In this document: one piece after another, positions 27,445 through 36,360 of the stretch
Numbering within the stretch: the stretch's first letter is position 1
Layout of the letters: each line of letters opens with the position of its first letter
Assembly: GCA_045127455.1 (NCBI GenBank)
Contig: JBGVQK010000044.1
Span: 24,158-88,157, forward strand
Direction of reading: 5' to 3'
From: Eubacteriales bacterium
Lineage (GTDB): Bacteria > Bacillota > Clostridia > Oscillospirales > CAG-272
Length of the DNA: 64,000 bases
Made by a program: the position numbers and the translations under genes
The notes under the pieces: generated by a model
Seen by the model: only the letters and a program-made list of their open reading frames with translations
The model's database searches: none
Told to the model about the DNA's origin: nothing

Positions 27445-27675
27445 AGCCCTCCTCCGGGAGGAGGGGGGACCGCGATAGCGGTGGGAGGAGCCCGCGTGTA
27501 CGAAAGAAAAGTACTTTTCCTATGGCGAGTGGTATGCGTGAATGCCGCAGGCTCCTTCCGTCCTTGCCGCTTGCGGCTTTGACACCATCCCTCCCGGAGG
27601 GAGGCTATCAAAATTTGCCATTATGCAAAATTGAGCGCGATGACTTTTGTCACCGCGCTTGTTTTTTATTTTTTT
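27445..27675. repeat. modular hairpin-rich intergenic element, copy 2 (core inverted relative to copy 1; tail hairpin followed by a T-tract, so a likely terminator)
   Basis: Same module order 323 bp downstream. The tail is nearly identical. The terminator stem shows a compensatory A-T to G-C change between the copies. Confidence 0.8.
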
Positions 27676-27676
27676 A

Positions 27677-29278
27677 TCAATCCAAATTGACTGCCATAGC
27701 GTGGCGCGCGTAGTTGAAGGAAAGGCTTACACCCGGCTCAAAGCCGCCAAAGGGAAGGAGCTCTTCTTCAAGCTCTTCAATACGCTCGATCTTGCCGTTT
27801 ACATACGCGAGGATACGCGCGCGGCAAGCATCGGTGCGGCGCATAATACCGCCAATGCGGCGGTCCTGCACCTCAAAGCCCTGCGGCTTGTTGTCTGTCA
27901 TCCACTGCTTTTCAAAGGCTTTGACAAAGATTCCAAGACGCTTGATGACCTCGGGATAGTCCTTTTCAGCCAAAGTGCGCAGAGTTTCCTTGTCGCCTGC
28001 CTCGTAGGCACGACGGGTGCGGAGCCCGAGTTCATATTTGATCTCCAGCACGTCGCAAAGCTTTGCGGCAGAGTCGAACACGTAGCCGTATTTGCGTGTT
28101 TTCTTTGCGGTAGCAGAGAGCTTTTTGGAGATCTCTCCAAATTTTGCACCCGCGCCGAGACTTACGCTGTAATCGAGGAAGTCGTTGAAGTAGTCGGAAA
28201 GCAGCATATACTTTGCAGGATTTTTGGGGTAGCTCGTGTATTCTACGATGTGGTTTGGCATATCGATTTCCATAAACTCGTCGTAATCAATGCCAAACAT
28301 TCTTTTGAACTTCGCCTTGATCAATGCCTCGTCGGTGTTGCCTTTGGCATACTCGGAGAGGTAGAAGAGAGAAGGAAGCTGTGAGAAGTGCGAGCACTCA
28401 CCGCCGTTATCGCCCCACATAGTAAAGAAGACGTTTTTGATCTTCTTCTCGCGGCAAGCGTCAAGAGCGGGCAGCATGGATTTGAGGGTGTAGCGGTTGC
28501 TGGGGATGAGTCCTATCCAGCTCCACGCGCCGCCTGCAAACCACGTATTTTTGGAGAGCTGCTTGTGATTTTCAAACATATCGCTGTAGCCCTGCTTGTT
28601 TGTGGTCCAATAATCCCAAAAAACAGGAATGACCTCAGGCGGGAATGCCTCAACCACTTCTTTGGGCATCTCGCACTTGGGGATATAGTATTTGCCGTTG
28701 TTCCAAGAACGGAAGAACATATCCGACCAGATCATGACCTCGTAATCATATTTTTTTGCGATCTCGCAAACGCGAGCAAGGTGACGCTTGATAATGGTGT
28801 TCACGGGCTCGTAGCCGTGAATGTCAAGATGCTTTCCGCGACCGAGATTGAACGCCTCATCCATACCGATGTGAATGCGACGGGTGCGGAAGCACTCGGA
28901 AAGAGACGCGAACATATGGTCGATAAACTCATAGGAGCGCTCGTCATCGGTCAAAATGACGTCGCCAAAATCAATGGGGAACTTGCCCCAACGAACAGCG
29001 GCAGTCAGATGCGCCAGCGTTTGAATGCAAGGAATGACCTCAATCCCCATCGAAGCACCGAGATCGTCAATTTCTTTGAGCTCTGCCTTGGAGTAGCGAC
29101 CTCTCATATAGCCAAAGTAGGGCTCACCGTCTACCTCGTAGGTGTCCTCGGTGTAAAGGAATACACAGTTGTAGCCCATTTTTTTGAGCAGCGGGAAGAA
29201 GCGTTTGAGTCCATCAAGGCTCATAACCGCGTTGCGCGACATATCAATCATCACGCCAAAGGTGTTGTAGTTTTTCAT
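27677..29278 (-). CDS. glycoside hydrolase family 20-like (beta-N-acetylhexosaminidase-type)
   Basis: FGVMIDMSRNAVMSLDGLKRFFPLLKKMGYNCVFLYTEDTYEV...EVIPCIQTLAHL...IHIGMDEA matches the GH20 catalytic TIM-barrel pattern as I recall it. AAAGGAG RBS. Confidence 0.75.
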   Translation of the reverse strand: MKNYNTFGVMIDMSRNAVMSLDGLKRFFPLLKKMGYNCVFLYTEDTYEVDGEPYFGYMRGRYSKAELKEIDDLGASMGIEVIPCIQTLAHLTAAVRWGKFPIDFGDVILTDDERSYEFIDHMFASLSECFRTRRIHIGMDEAFNLGRGKHLDIHGYEPVNTIIKRHLARVCEIAKKYDYEVMIWSDMFFRSWNNGKYYIPKCEMPKEVVEAFPPEVIPVFWDYWTTNKQGYSDMFENHKQLSKNTWFAGGAWSWIGLIPSNRYTLKSMLPALDACREKKIKNVFFTMWGDNGGECSHFSQLPSLFYLSEYAKGNTDEALIKAKFKRMFGIDYDEFMEIDMPNHIVEYTSYPKNPAKYMLLSDYFNDFLDYSVSLGAGAKFGEISKKLSATAKKTRKYGYVFDSAAKLCDVLEIKYELGLRTRRAYEAGDKETLRTLAEKDYPEVIKRLGIFVKAFEKQWMTDNKPQGFEVQDRRIGGIMRRTDACRARILAYVNGKIERIEELEEELLPFGGFEPGVSLSFNYARHAMAVNLD

Positions 29279-29327
29279 AGTTGTATTCTCCTTTGTGTTC
29301 AGGCTGGAATTATTCCGATGGTTTTTG

Positions 29328-29957
29328 TTATTTAAAAGACTCCATTAGGGTATCCAATTCTTCAAATGAGAGCACTTTCGGGTTATAATTTTGTTTGTCG
29401 TACCGATCAAAGAGGATAGACTCGATACCCATCTCTTTTGCAGCCAGTAGATTATTGATGCTGTCATCTATAAAAAGGCATTCATTTGCCTTTTTGCTTG
29501 TTTGCTGCAAAGTCAGCTCGTATATTTGAGGGTCTGGTTTTCTGCAGTGAACATCTCCGCTGACAATTTTGTGCTTGAAATATTTATCCAATCCAAAATA
29601 TTTTGTGATATATGCACTCCATTCGGAAACATCTGTGGATAATAAAACAAAATCATACGTTTGATAATATTTTTCTGCAAAGACAATAAATGAAGAGTCA
29701 AAAGAAAGATGGTTTTCGATATAATCTCTCATATGAAACTCTGTATCTTGATATCCCAACAGCGAAAGAAATTCGTGCGAACTGATTTCACCGTATCCTG
29801 CTTTGGTGAATAATCGTTCTTCCTCAAACTGCTTTTTCAAGCGTTCGTGCTCCGACTTGTCAAAATGAGAAAATGTATATGGGATAAAATTGCCTTTCGG
29901 TTCCTTCAAAATAACACCGTACATATCGATGACTATGGTTGTTACTTTCTTTTTCAT
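29328..29957 (-). CDS. HAD-superfamily hydrolase
   Basis: VIDMYGVI (motif I-like) and CLFIDDSINNLLAAKEMGIESILF (motif IV). GAGGGGGA RBS. Confidence 0.75.
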   Translation of the reverse strand: MKKKVTTIVIDMYGVILKEPKGNFIPYTFSHFDKSEHERLKKQFEEERLFTKAGYGEISSHEFLSLLGYQDTEFHMRDYIENHLSFDSSFIVFAEKYYQTYDFVLLSTDVSEWSAYITKYFGLDKYFKHKIVSGDVHCRKPDPQIYELTLQQTSKKANECLFIDDSINNLLAAKEMGIESILFDRYDKQNYNPKVLSFEELDTLMESFK

Positions 29958-29975
29958 TCTTTCCCCCTCTTATCA

Positions 29976-30184
29976 TCACCTCATCCGCCTCGCGGTGGCT
30001 CGGCACCTTCTCCTCAAGGAGAAGGCTTTTTGTTAGTGGCACCTCGAAAAATAGGATCTAGTAGTGTATGTTTGTTGACATATAAAGAAATTCGCGTGAC
30101 AGCAAATCAACTTTTAGCCTTCCCCTTGAGGGGAAGGTGGCAGGCTTTTGCCTGCCGGATGAGGTGACGGATGCAAAGCATCCG
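29976..30184. repeat. composite inverted-repeat element (hairpin-of-hairpins)
   Basis: The outer IR is TCACCTCATCCG (29976-29987) / CGGATGAGGTGA (30156-30167). Each arm is continued by a variable hairpin and a palindrome (CACCTTCTCCTCAAGGAGAAGG / CCTTCCCCTTGAGGGGAAGGTG). An extra hairpin CGGATGCAAAGCATCCG follows. Confidence 0.65.
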
Positions 30185-30191
30185 CCGAAAT

Positions 30192-30809
30192 TTATGTGAG
30201 TGAAGGTTCGCCAAGCAAATACGCCTTGACATCCCCCACAAATTGGTTTCCGCAGCGTTCAAGCTCGCCCATTACGCGGTTGATGCCGCGCTCGCTCTTG
30301 TACCAATTTTCTTTTGTGATGCCCGAGCAATTGATGGGGCAGACCTTAAATTCTACGTTTGGGAACGCCATTTGATAGAGCATCAGGCAACGGCGCGCGT
30401 GGAACTCCTTGCAAACAATGAGCGCGGTTTTGACCTTGATGCCGTTTTCATCAACAAGCTTTCGAGAAAGAAACGCGTTGTCGCGTGTGTGGCGCGCTTG
30501 ATCCTCGGGGATGATCGCGTCTCGCGGAACGCCGTTTTTTGTCAGCACGTCAATAAAGAATTCGCATTCCGAGCGATAATTGCCCACATAGACGTCGGCT
30601 TTGTCGGCAACGCCGGGCCAAACGTCCCATTTTACACCCATCGCACCCGAGGGGATGATCCACTTGGCATATCCGCGACGCCAAAGCTCGGCTGCGTATT
30701 CGGGCTGTTGAGGATGCATACCGCCCGGCAAAAAGATGACGTCTGCCGCCTCGGGAAGGTCGCGCACAAATATGTAATTGGAAATATCGTTGATAATGCG
30801 ATCGTTCAC
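30192..30809 (-). CDS. YdcF/DUF218 family protein
   Basis: ...VIFLPGGMHPQQPEYAAELWRRGYAKWIIPSG...SRHTRDNAF-like segment (ARHTRDNAFLS)...ALIVCKEFHARRC matches the DUF218 pattern. GTG start at 30809 with an AAAGGAG RBS. Confidence 0.8.
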   Translation of the reverse strand: MNDRIINDISNYIFVRDLPEAADVIFLPGGMHPQQPEYAAELWRRGYAKWIIPSGAMGVKWDVWPGVADKADVYVGNYRSECEFFIDVLTKNGVPRDAIIPEDQARHTRDNAFLSRKLVDENGIKVKTALIVCKEFHARRCLMLYQMAFPNVEFKVCPINCSGITKENWYKSERGINRVMGELERCGNQFVGDVKAYLLGEPSLT

Positions 30810-30902
30810 AGCCGTTCTCCTTTCCGGTGGATACCTTTTTTGACATTATATCACAAAATGCGCACAAAGTAAATAGAGAGACACTATTTTCTCAAAATTT
30901 AT

Positions 30903-30979
30903 TGTAGGAGCGATTCACGAATCGCCCGCCCGAAAAAACAAGTGAAAAAAACGGGGCGATACTTGAATCGCCCCTACGA
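30903..30979. repeat. short inverted-repeat element (arms TGTAGGAGCGATTCACGAATCGCCCG / CGGGGCGATACTTGAATCGCCCCTACGA)
   Basis: The two arms are reverse complements with a few mismatches, and each contains its own small hairpin. A third, degenerate arm lies at 52050-52075. Confidence 0.65.
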
Positions 30980-31073
30980 ATGTTATTTACAAACACAACA
31001 ACCCTTGACATCCCCAAGCAAATATGCTATAATAAACCCAACAAAAAACGACAAAATCCCACAGGGGGTACGT

Positions 31074-31724
31074 ATGACACAAAAGCAAAAAAAGGAGCGC
31101 CTCTCGCAGATCGTCGAAGCACTCAAAGAGATATATCCCGAGGCACTCTGCGCGCTGGAGTGGGGCGGAGAACCTTGGAAGCTGCTCATTATGGGCAGAC
31201 TTTCGGCACAATGCACCGATGCGCGCGTCAATCTCGTTTGCCGCGAGCTTTTTGACGCTTATCCGACGCCCGAGGCGATTGCCAAGGCGAGCGTTGAAGA
31301 GCTCGAAGAATACATCCGCCCGTGTGGGCTTTATCACGTCAAATCACAAAACACCAAGGATGCCTGCGCTATGCTCGTGAATGAGTACGATGGCATCGTT
31401 CCCGACACGATGGAAGAGCTGCTCAAATTCCCGGGCGTAGGTCGAAAAGTTGCCAATTTGTTACTCGGTGACCTCTATGGGAAGGGCGGCGTGGTAGCAG
31501 ACACCCACTGTATGCGCATTTGCGGACGCTTTGGAATGTACCGCGAGGGGCTCAAAGATCCCGTGCAGGTCGAGCGTATCCTCACACCTCTGCTCGAACA
31601 AAAAGAGATCTGCGACTTTTGCCACCGTATCGTCCAATTTGGCAGAGATACCTGCACCGCCCGCAATCCCAAATGCGAAGAATGTCCCATTGCGCATCTT
31701 TGTGAGCATGGGAAAAGAGAATAA
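31074..31724 (+). CDS. nth: endonuclease III
   Basis: ...LLIMGRLSAQCTDARVN...FPGVGRKVANLLLGD (HhH-GPD)...CTARNPKCEECPIAHLC ([4Fe-4S] loop). ATG at 31074 after AGGGGG. A TTGACA-17-TATAAT promoter lies at 31004-31032. Confidence 0.9.
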   Translation: MTQKQKKERLSQIVEALKEIYPEALCALEWGGEPWKLLIMGRLSAQCTDARVNLVCRELFDAYPTPEAIAKASVEELEEYIRPCGLYHVKSQNTKDACAMLVNEYDGIVPDTMEELLKFPGVGRKVANLLLGDLYGKGGVVADTHCMRICGRFGMYREGLKDPVQVERILTPLLEQKEICDFCHRIVQFGRDTCTARNPKCEECPIAHLCEHGKRE

Positions 31725-31864
31725 AAAAAGAAATGATTAAAAGGTCAAGATTGCGAAGATCAGTTTTAACCTTTTGCTTTTGTGGAATGTGTTGACAATC
31801 CGTTGAAATAGTGATATAATACAGTCACAAATGCCGACGGGCTGAAACGAAAGGATAAAAAAGT

Positions 31865-32578
31865 ATGAAAAGAACGGTTAAAATCGCATTGCTTGTTTGT
31901 TTGATTTCGCTTGTGAGTGCGTTTATGTTTACGGCGTGCAATACTCCTCCTCACGAGCATACTGTAGCGATTCATGAAGCTGTTGCTCCTACTTATTACA
32001 AAGCGGGTCTCACTGCTGGTGCATATTGTTCTGAATGTGGTGAAGTTCTTGTGGCACAAAAACTTGTTCCTGCTACCGGCTCTGTTGGACTGACCTATAC
32101 TACATGGAATGGCACCTGCACGATTACCGGTATCGGCACTTGCACGGATACAAACATTTGTGTCCCAAGAAGGGTGAATGACCACAAGGTTACGAGCATT
32201 GGTGATTCTGCATTTGCCAACTGCTCCAATCTTATAAGTGTATCGCTCCCCGATAGCGTAACCACCATCGGCAAGTGGGCGTTCTCTTATTGCAACAATT
32301 TGACAAGCGTAACGCTTTCTAATGGCGTAATTACCGTTGGTAGATCTGCATTTGCCAACTGTCCTAACCTTATGAGCGTAACAATAGGGGACTCTGTTAC
32401 CACCATTAACGATAATATATTTTGGAATTGCACCAATCTTAAGAGCATTCAATTTGAGGGTACTGTTGATGAATGGAATGCCATCCGTAAAGACAAGAAT
32501 TGGGATGCTTCCAGTGGAAACTACACCATCTATTGCATCGATGGCACGATTGACAAAAAGGGCACTGTTACCAAGTAA
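31865..32578 (+). CDS. lipoprotein with BspA-type leucine-rich repeats
   Basis: Lipobox LISLVSAFMFTAC. Repeats IGDSAFANCSNLISVSLPDSVTTIGKWAFSYCNNLTSVTLSNGVITVGRSAFANCPNLMSVTI. Confidence 0.8.
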   Translation: MKRTVKIALLVCLISLVSAFMFTACNTPPHEHTVAIHEAVAPTYYKAGLTAGAYCSECGEVLVAQKLVPATGSVGLTYTTWNGTCTITGIGTCTDTNICVPRRVNDHKVTSIGDSAFANCSNLISVSLPDSVTTIGKWAFSYCNNLTSVTLSNGVITVGRSAFANCPNLMSVTIGDSVTTINDNIFWNCTNLKSIQFEGTVDEWNAIRKDKNWDASSGNYTIYCIDGTIDKKGTVTK

Positions 32579-32661
32579 ATGTGAATATCTTTAACCGCTC
32601 CTCTTGGAGCGGTTTTTTTATACAAAAAATGAGCACCTACATTTGCAGATGCTTATTTTTA

Positions 32662-33174
32662 CTATTCATTCACAACCTTAATTTGACACATCTTCATTGC
32701 TTCAAGGGCGTTTTTGTGGCTTTGGGGGGTGACGCCTGCGCAGCATTTTGCGTCGACTGTTACGGGGATCTCAAGGAAGTTTGCCTTTGCGAGCATGGCG
32801 TTGGAAATGACGCAGATGTCGGTGCAAAGACCGATGAACTCCAGAGATTCTACGTCTTTTTCTTCTTTCAAGAATTCCATCAACGCGGTTGAGCCAAAGG
32901 TGGGCTTGTCGATGGCGTCTGTCTTGCGCAAAGGCTCAAGCGTGGGGTGAATTTGCCAACCGTTTGTCCCTTTGATGCAATGCTCAACGGGCAGGTTGTG
33001 ACCCTCTTGGGTGGAAAGATAATCGGGCGTGTGCGTGTCTCTTGTGAAGAGGACCTTGCCATCAAAATTTTCGATCTTCTCTTTGACGTAAGGCAGAATT
33101 GCCACCGCCTCGGGGGTGCCGAGCGCGCCGTCAATAAAATCGTTTTGCATATCAATAACAATCAAATATTTCAT
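32662..33174 (-). CDS. isochorismatase-family cysteine hydrolase (nicotinamidase-like)
   Basis: MKYLIVIDMQNDFIDGALGTPEA...FTRDTH...IGLCTDICV carries the catalytic D, K and C pattern. Confidence 0.85.
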   Translation of the reverse strand: MKYLIVIDMQNDFIDGALGTPEAVAILPYVKEKIENFDGKVLFTRDTHTPDYLSTQEGHNLPVEHCIKGTNGWQIHPTLEPLRKTDAIDKPTFGSTALMEFLKEEKDVESLEFIGLCTDICVISNAMLAKANFLEIPVTVDAKCCAGVTPQSHKNALEAMKMCQIKVVNE

Positions 33175-33872
33175 TGTGCTTCTCCTTTCAAGGGGGCATT
33201 CGTTGCGGTTGCAGGGTTCTTTTTTCTGTGTCTCGGGCGGCGTCTTCTGTTGCCGTTTTTGCTGCCCGTGTGCCCGTTTCTCTTCCTTTTTGGTTGGTTT
33301 TGAACGGTGGTATCACCGCAACACTCGGGGTAGGCGACAGTCAGCATTTCGGCATCCACGTGTGCATCGCGGCAAACGGCGCGCATCAGGTGCATTGTGG
33401 CAAGGGCGTCTCCATCACTGCGGTGTTGATTTTCGGGTGCCTCTCCGCACCAAGCGGTCACGTATCCCGCAAGACCGTGCGCCTCGCGGTGCTTGGTCTG
33501 CTTGCGGCAAAGCCTTTCCATATCAAACCAAAAGTAGGATATCGGGGCAAGCTCGTATCGCTCACACGCGCGTCGCAGAGCCGTAACGTCATTGCTTACC
33601 GAAAATCCCACAGCCATATCTGCCTCGGCAAACAGCGCCTGGATCTCTTCATGCTTCTCGGGGAAGAGGGGACTCGTTTCAATCGATTCCATTGGATAGG
33701 CAAGAATGTTTTTGGCAACGTACTCGTTCCATTCACAATCGGGATTGATGCAAATATCGGTAGGGCCGGAGAGAATATTGAATTCCTCGTCGGTCATTAC
33801 GTAGCCAAAAGAGAACACCGAGCCGGGAATTTTTCCGTTTGCAAATTCCATATCAAAAAACAGGAGCTTCAA
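33171..33872 (-). CDS. DnaQ-like 3'-5' exonuclease domain protein with polybasic C-terminal tail
   Basis: LLFFDMEF (ExoI D-x-E), ...VGFSVSNDVTAL (ExoII-like) and HRSDGDALAT (ExoIII H..D). The tail is QPKRKRNGHTGSKNGNRRRRPRHRKKNP. I propose a TTG start at 33872 (GGTGA upstream), downstream of a TTGCAT-17-TGC-TAAAAT promoter. The start is uncertain. Confidence 0.65.
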   Translation of the reverse strand: MKLLFFDMEFANGKIPGSVFSFGYVMTDEEFNILSGPTDICINPDCEWNEYVAKNILAYPMESIETSPLFPEKHEEIQALFAEADMAVGFSVSNDVTALRRACERYELAPISYFWFDMERLCRKQTKHREAHGLAGYVTAWCGEAPENQHRSDGDALATMHLMRAVCRDAHVDAEMLTVAYPECCGDTTVQNQPKRKRNGHTGSKNGNRRRRPRHRKKNPATATNAPLKGEAQ

Positions 33873-34068
33873 ATTTTCACCAACTTTCTTTATCTGCCTA
33901 TATTTTAGCACAGATAAATGAAAAATGCAACAGCTTTCTCGCATTCGGCAAAAAAATATTAACAATATATAAACTCTTGCCAGAATTATTGACAAAAAGC
34001 AGTTTTTGTGGTAAGATGTACCTAAAGGTACATCACGCCTACTTATTTTATTAAACGGAGGAGCTCCT

Positions 34069-35130
34069 ATGAAGAAAACCACCATCGTTTTGCTGGTTCT
34101 CGCACTTGCTATGTTGATGAGTGCTTGCGCCATGCCCGGCGTTGCCCCGACACCTGAGGAATCTATCCCTACAAATCTCGAGAAAGGAAACAACTATAAC
34201 GCAGATATGAAAGACCTGAACAACACCAATGAATCCGCCGCTCGCATTTGGCCTTGGGAAGACCCCAGCATCGTTCTCCCCCCCTTCACCGGCGAGGTTA
34301 CCGAGTACGGCAGCATTAAGTCGCTTAAAATCGTTGCTATTGGCGATGCAAGCGCAAGAGACGCTTGGCAGTTCTTCCCGCAAATCGCAAAAGAGGCAGG
34401 CATTGAGCTCAAGCTCACCGTTCTTTACTGCAACGGAGACCTCAACTCGCACAACAGCACGGGTACCTCTTATACCCACATCGAAAACACCGGCAACGGT
34501 TGGGTAACCGTTAGCACAAATGCAAAAAGATTGGACGTTTTGCAATCCGAAGCATGGGATTATTGCATTGTCAACCAAAGCATTGCAAACAGTGGCTTGA
34601 GCAACACCTACGGCGCTTTGTCGTTGCTGCTCAGATCCAACCTGCTCGCAACCGTTTCCAAAAACCGTGACGTAAAGCATCTGTTTATGCAAACCTGGGC
34701 TTACGAGGTCAACGACCGCAACAATTTGTTCAACGGCTTTAAGGCTTACGGCACCGACCAACAAAAAATGTATGCGGACATCAACAGCACCGTTAAGAGC
34801 AAGGTCATCACCTGCTCCAACCTTTCCAAGGTAGCTGCCAACGCAAATAAGGATGGCGTTATTCCCGTAGGCACCGCAGTGCAAAACATGCGCGAGTCTT
34901 ACTGGAGCGACGGCCTCACCCGCGATTCCGAGTTCCTTTCCACCACCGGCAAGGTTCTGGCGGCAGTTATGCTCTTTAAGAGTATCACCGGCTATGACGT
35001 CAACGGCCTTGAACTGAGCGATCCTGTATTCGATCACGCTCGTCCGCACTTGGGTGTTATTAAGGAATCCGTAAACAACGCATACCTCAAGCCCTACGAA
35101 ACCACCGATTCCGTATATCACATGGACTAA
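34069..35130 (+). CDS. lipoprotein, DUF4886/SGNH-like domain
   Basis: Lipobox LALAMLMSACA. LKIVAIGDASARDAWQFFPQIAKEAGIE resembles the DUF4886 N-terminal block. It is a paralogue of the next gene. Confidence 0.7.
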   Translation: MKKTTIVLLVLALAMLMSACAMPGVAPTPEESIPTNLEKGNNYNADMKDLNNTNESAARIWPWEDPSIVLPPFTGEVTEYGSIKSLKIVAIGDASARDAWQFFPQIAKEAGIELKLTVLYCNGDLNSHNSTGTSYTHIENTGNGWVTVSTNAKRLDVLQSEAWDYCIVNQSIANSGLSNTYGALSLLLRSNLLATVSKNRDVKHLFMQTWAYEVNDRNNLFNGFKAYGTDQQKMYADINSTVKSKVITCSNLSKVAANANKDGVIPVGTAVQNMRESYWSDGLTRDSEFLSTTGKVLAAVMLFKSITGYDVNGLELSDPVFDHARPHLGVIKESVNNAYLKPYETTDSVYHMD

Positions 35131-35141
35131 TGGAGTAGACG

Positions 35142-36287
35142 ATGAAACGCTACATTTCTTTTGTCGCCTTTTTGTTGGCAACGGTTCTCCTGATTTCTGC
35201 TTGCGGTGCAGGCAAAACCCCTGAAGAGACCGAGCCTGAGGAGATCACTCCCGAAGTAACCACTCCTGAAGTCACTACTCCCGAGGATACCACGCCCGAG
35301 GAAACGACTCCTGAGGCAACCACCCCCGAAGAAACGACCACCGAGGAAAAATCCCCTCAGTTGGAGCCTGCTTGCAAGCACGTATTCACAAGCCGTATCG
35401 TTCTTGAGCAGGTCACCACAAAGGCCGACGGCAAAATTGCAAACGTATGCGGCAATTGCGGCGGCTGGCAAGAGGAGATCCTTCCTGCAGTTAAATCCAT
35501 TAAGATTTTGGCTATTGGCAACAGCTTTAGTGATAATACCCTGCAATATCTGCCCGCACTTGCCAAGGAGCTTGGCATTGAAGAGATCGTTGTTGGTAAG
35601 CTCTACGTTGGCGGTTGCACCGTTGACGGGCATTGGGACCGCGCACAGTCGGGCGCTAACTATGAGCGCTTCGACCTCAATCTTGGCAATGGCTGGGCAT
35701 CGCAATCCACCAAAACGCTCAAGTACGCGCTCACCCTTTACGATTGGGATATCATTACCATGCAGCAGGGCAGCCCCCAAAGCGGCTTGCCGAGTTCCTT
35801 GAACAATTTGCAAAATCTCGTTGACTATGTCAATGCCAACAAGACCAACCCCAACGCAAAGCTCTATTGGCACATGACGTGGGCATATTCTCAGTTCACA
35901 ACGCACTCAGGCTTTGCCAACTACAACAAGGATCAGATGACGATGTATAACGCCATTGTAGATCTTTCCAAAAACCACATTATGGCAAGCGGAAGCTTTG
36001 CAGGCATTATTCCTGCAGGTACAACGGTGCAAAACTATCGCGGCAATGATGCGGATAGCGAATTTGTTGAAAAAGAATACATCACCACCGACGGATACCA
36101 CCTGCAAACCTATATGAGATTGGCAACGTCCTTGGTTTGGCTTAGAACGTTGACCGGATTGAGCTTGGATGATATCACCTGCACGTCTCAACAGGATATC
36201 GCATTTGCCAAACCCAATCTCAAATCTCTCAAGAGAGCGGCTGAAAATGCATATTTAAACCCCTACGAGGTCGTTCCCGTATACTAA
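35142..36287 (+). CDS. lipoprotein, DUF4886/SGNH-like domain, with T-P-E-rich linker
   Basis: Lipobox LLATVLLISACG. Linker PEEITPEVTTPEVTTPEDTTPEETTPEATTPEETTTEE. IKILAIGNSFSDNTLQYLPALAKELGIE. Confidence 0.7.
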   Translation: MKRYISFVAFLLATVLLISACGAGKTPEETEPEEITPEVTTPEVTTPEDTTPEETTPEATTPEETTTEEKSPQLEPACKHVFTSRIVLEQVTTKADGKIANVCGNCGGWQEEILPAVKSIKILAIGNSFSDNTLQYLPALAKELGIEEIVVGKLYVGGCTVDGHWDRAQSGANYERFDLNLGNGWASQSTKTLKYALTLYDWDIITMQQGSPQSGLPSSLNNLQNLVDYVNANKTNPNAKLYWHMTWAYSQFTTHSGFANYNKDQMTMYNAIVDLSKNHIMASGSFAGIIPAGTTVQNYRGNDADSEFVEKEYITTDGYHLQTYMRLATSLVWLRTLTGLSLDDITCTSQQDIAFAKPNLKSLKRAAENAYLNPYEVVPVY

Positions 36288-36360
36288 TTAAAAGCTAACA
36301 AACAGTTAAATGCGCCACCGTTCGGTGGCGCATTTTTGAAAAACAATTTTTGGAGTTGTT

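Noticed and set aside
26707-27713. Several 60-160-aa ORFs in the spoVAE-GH20 intergenic region
   Set aside because: They are translations of the palindromic CCTCC/GGAGG hairpin modules (PPGGG-type peptides). They have no RBSs, and the same pattern appears in both copies and on both strands.
34051-35906. 376-aa and 259-aa minus-strand ORFs
   Set aside because: They are antisense to the two DUF4886-like lipoprotein genes, both of which have lipoboxes and strong RBSs.
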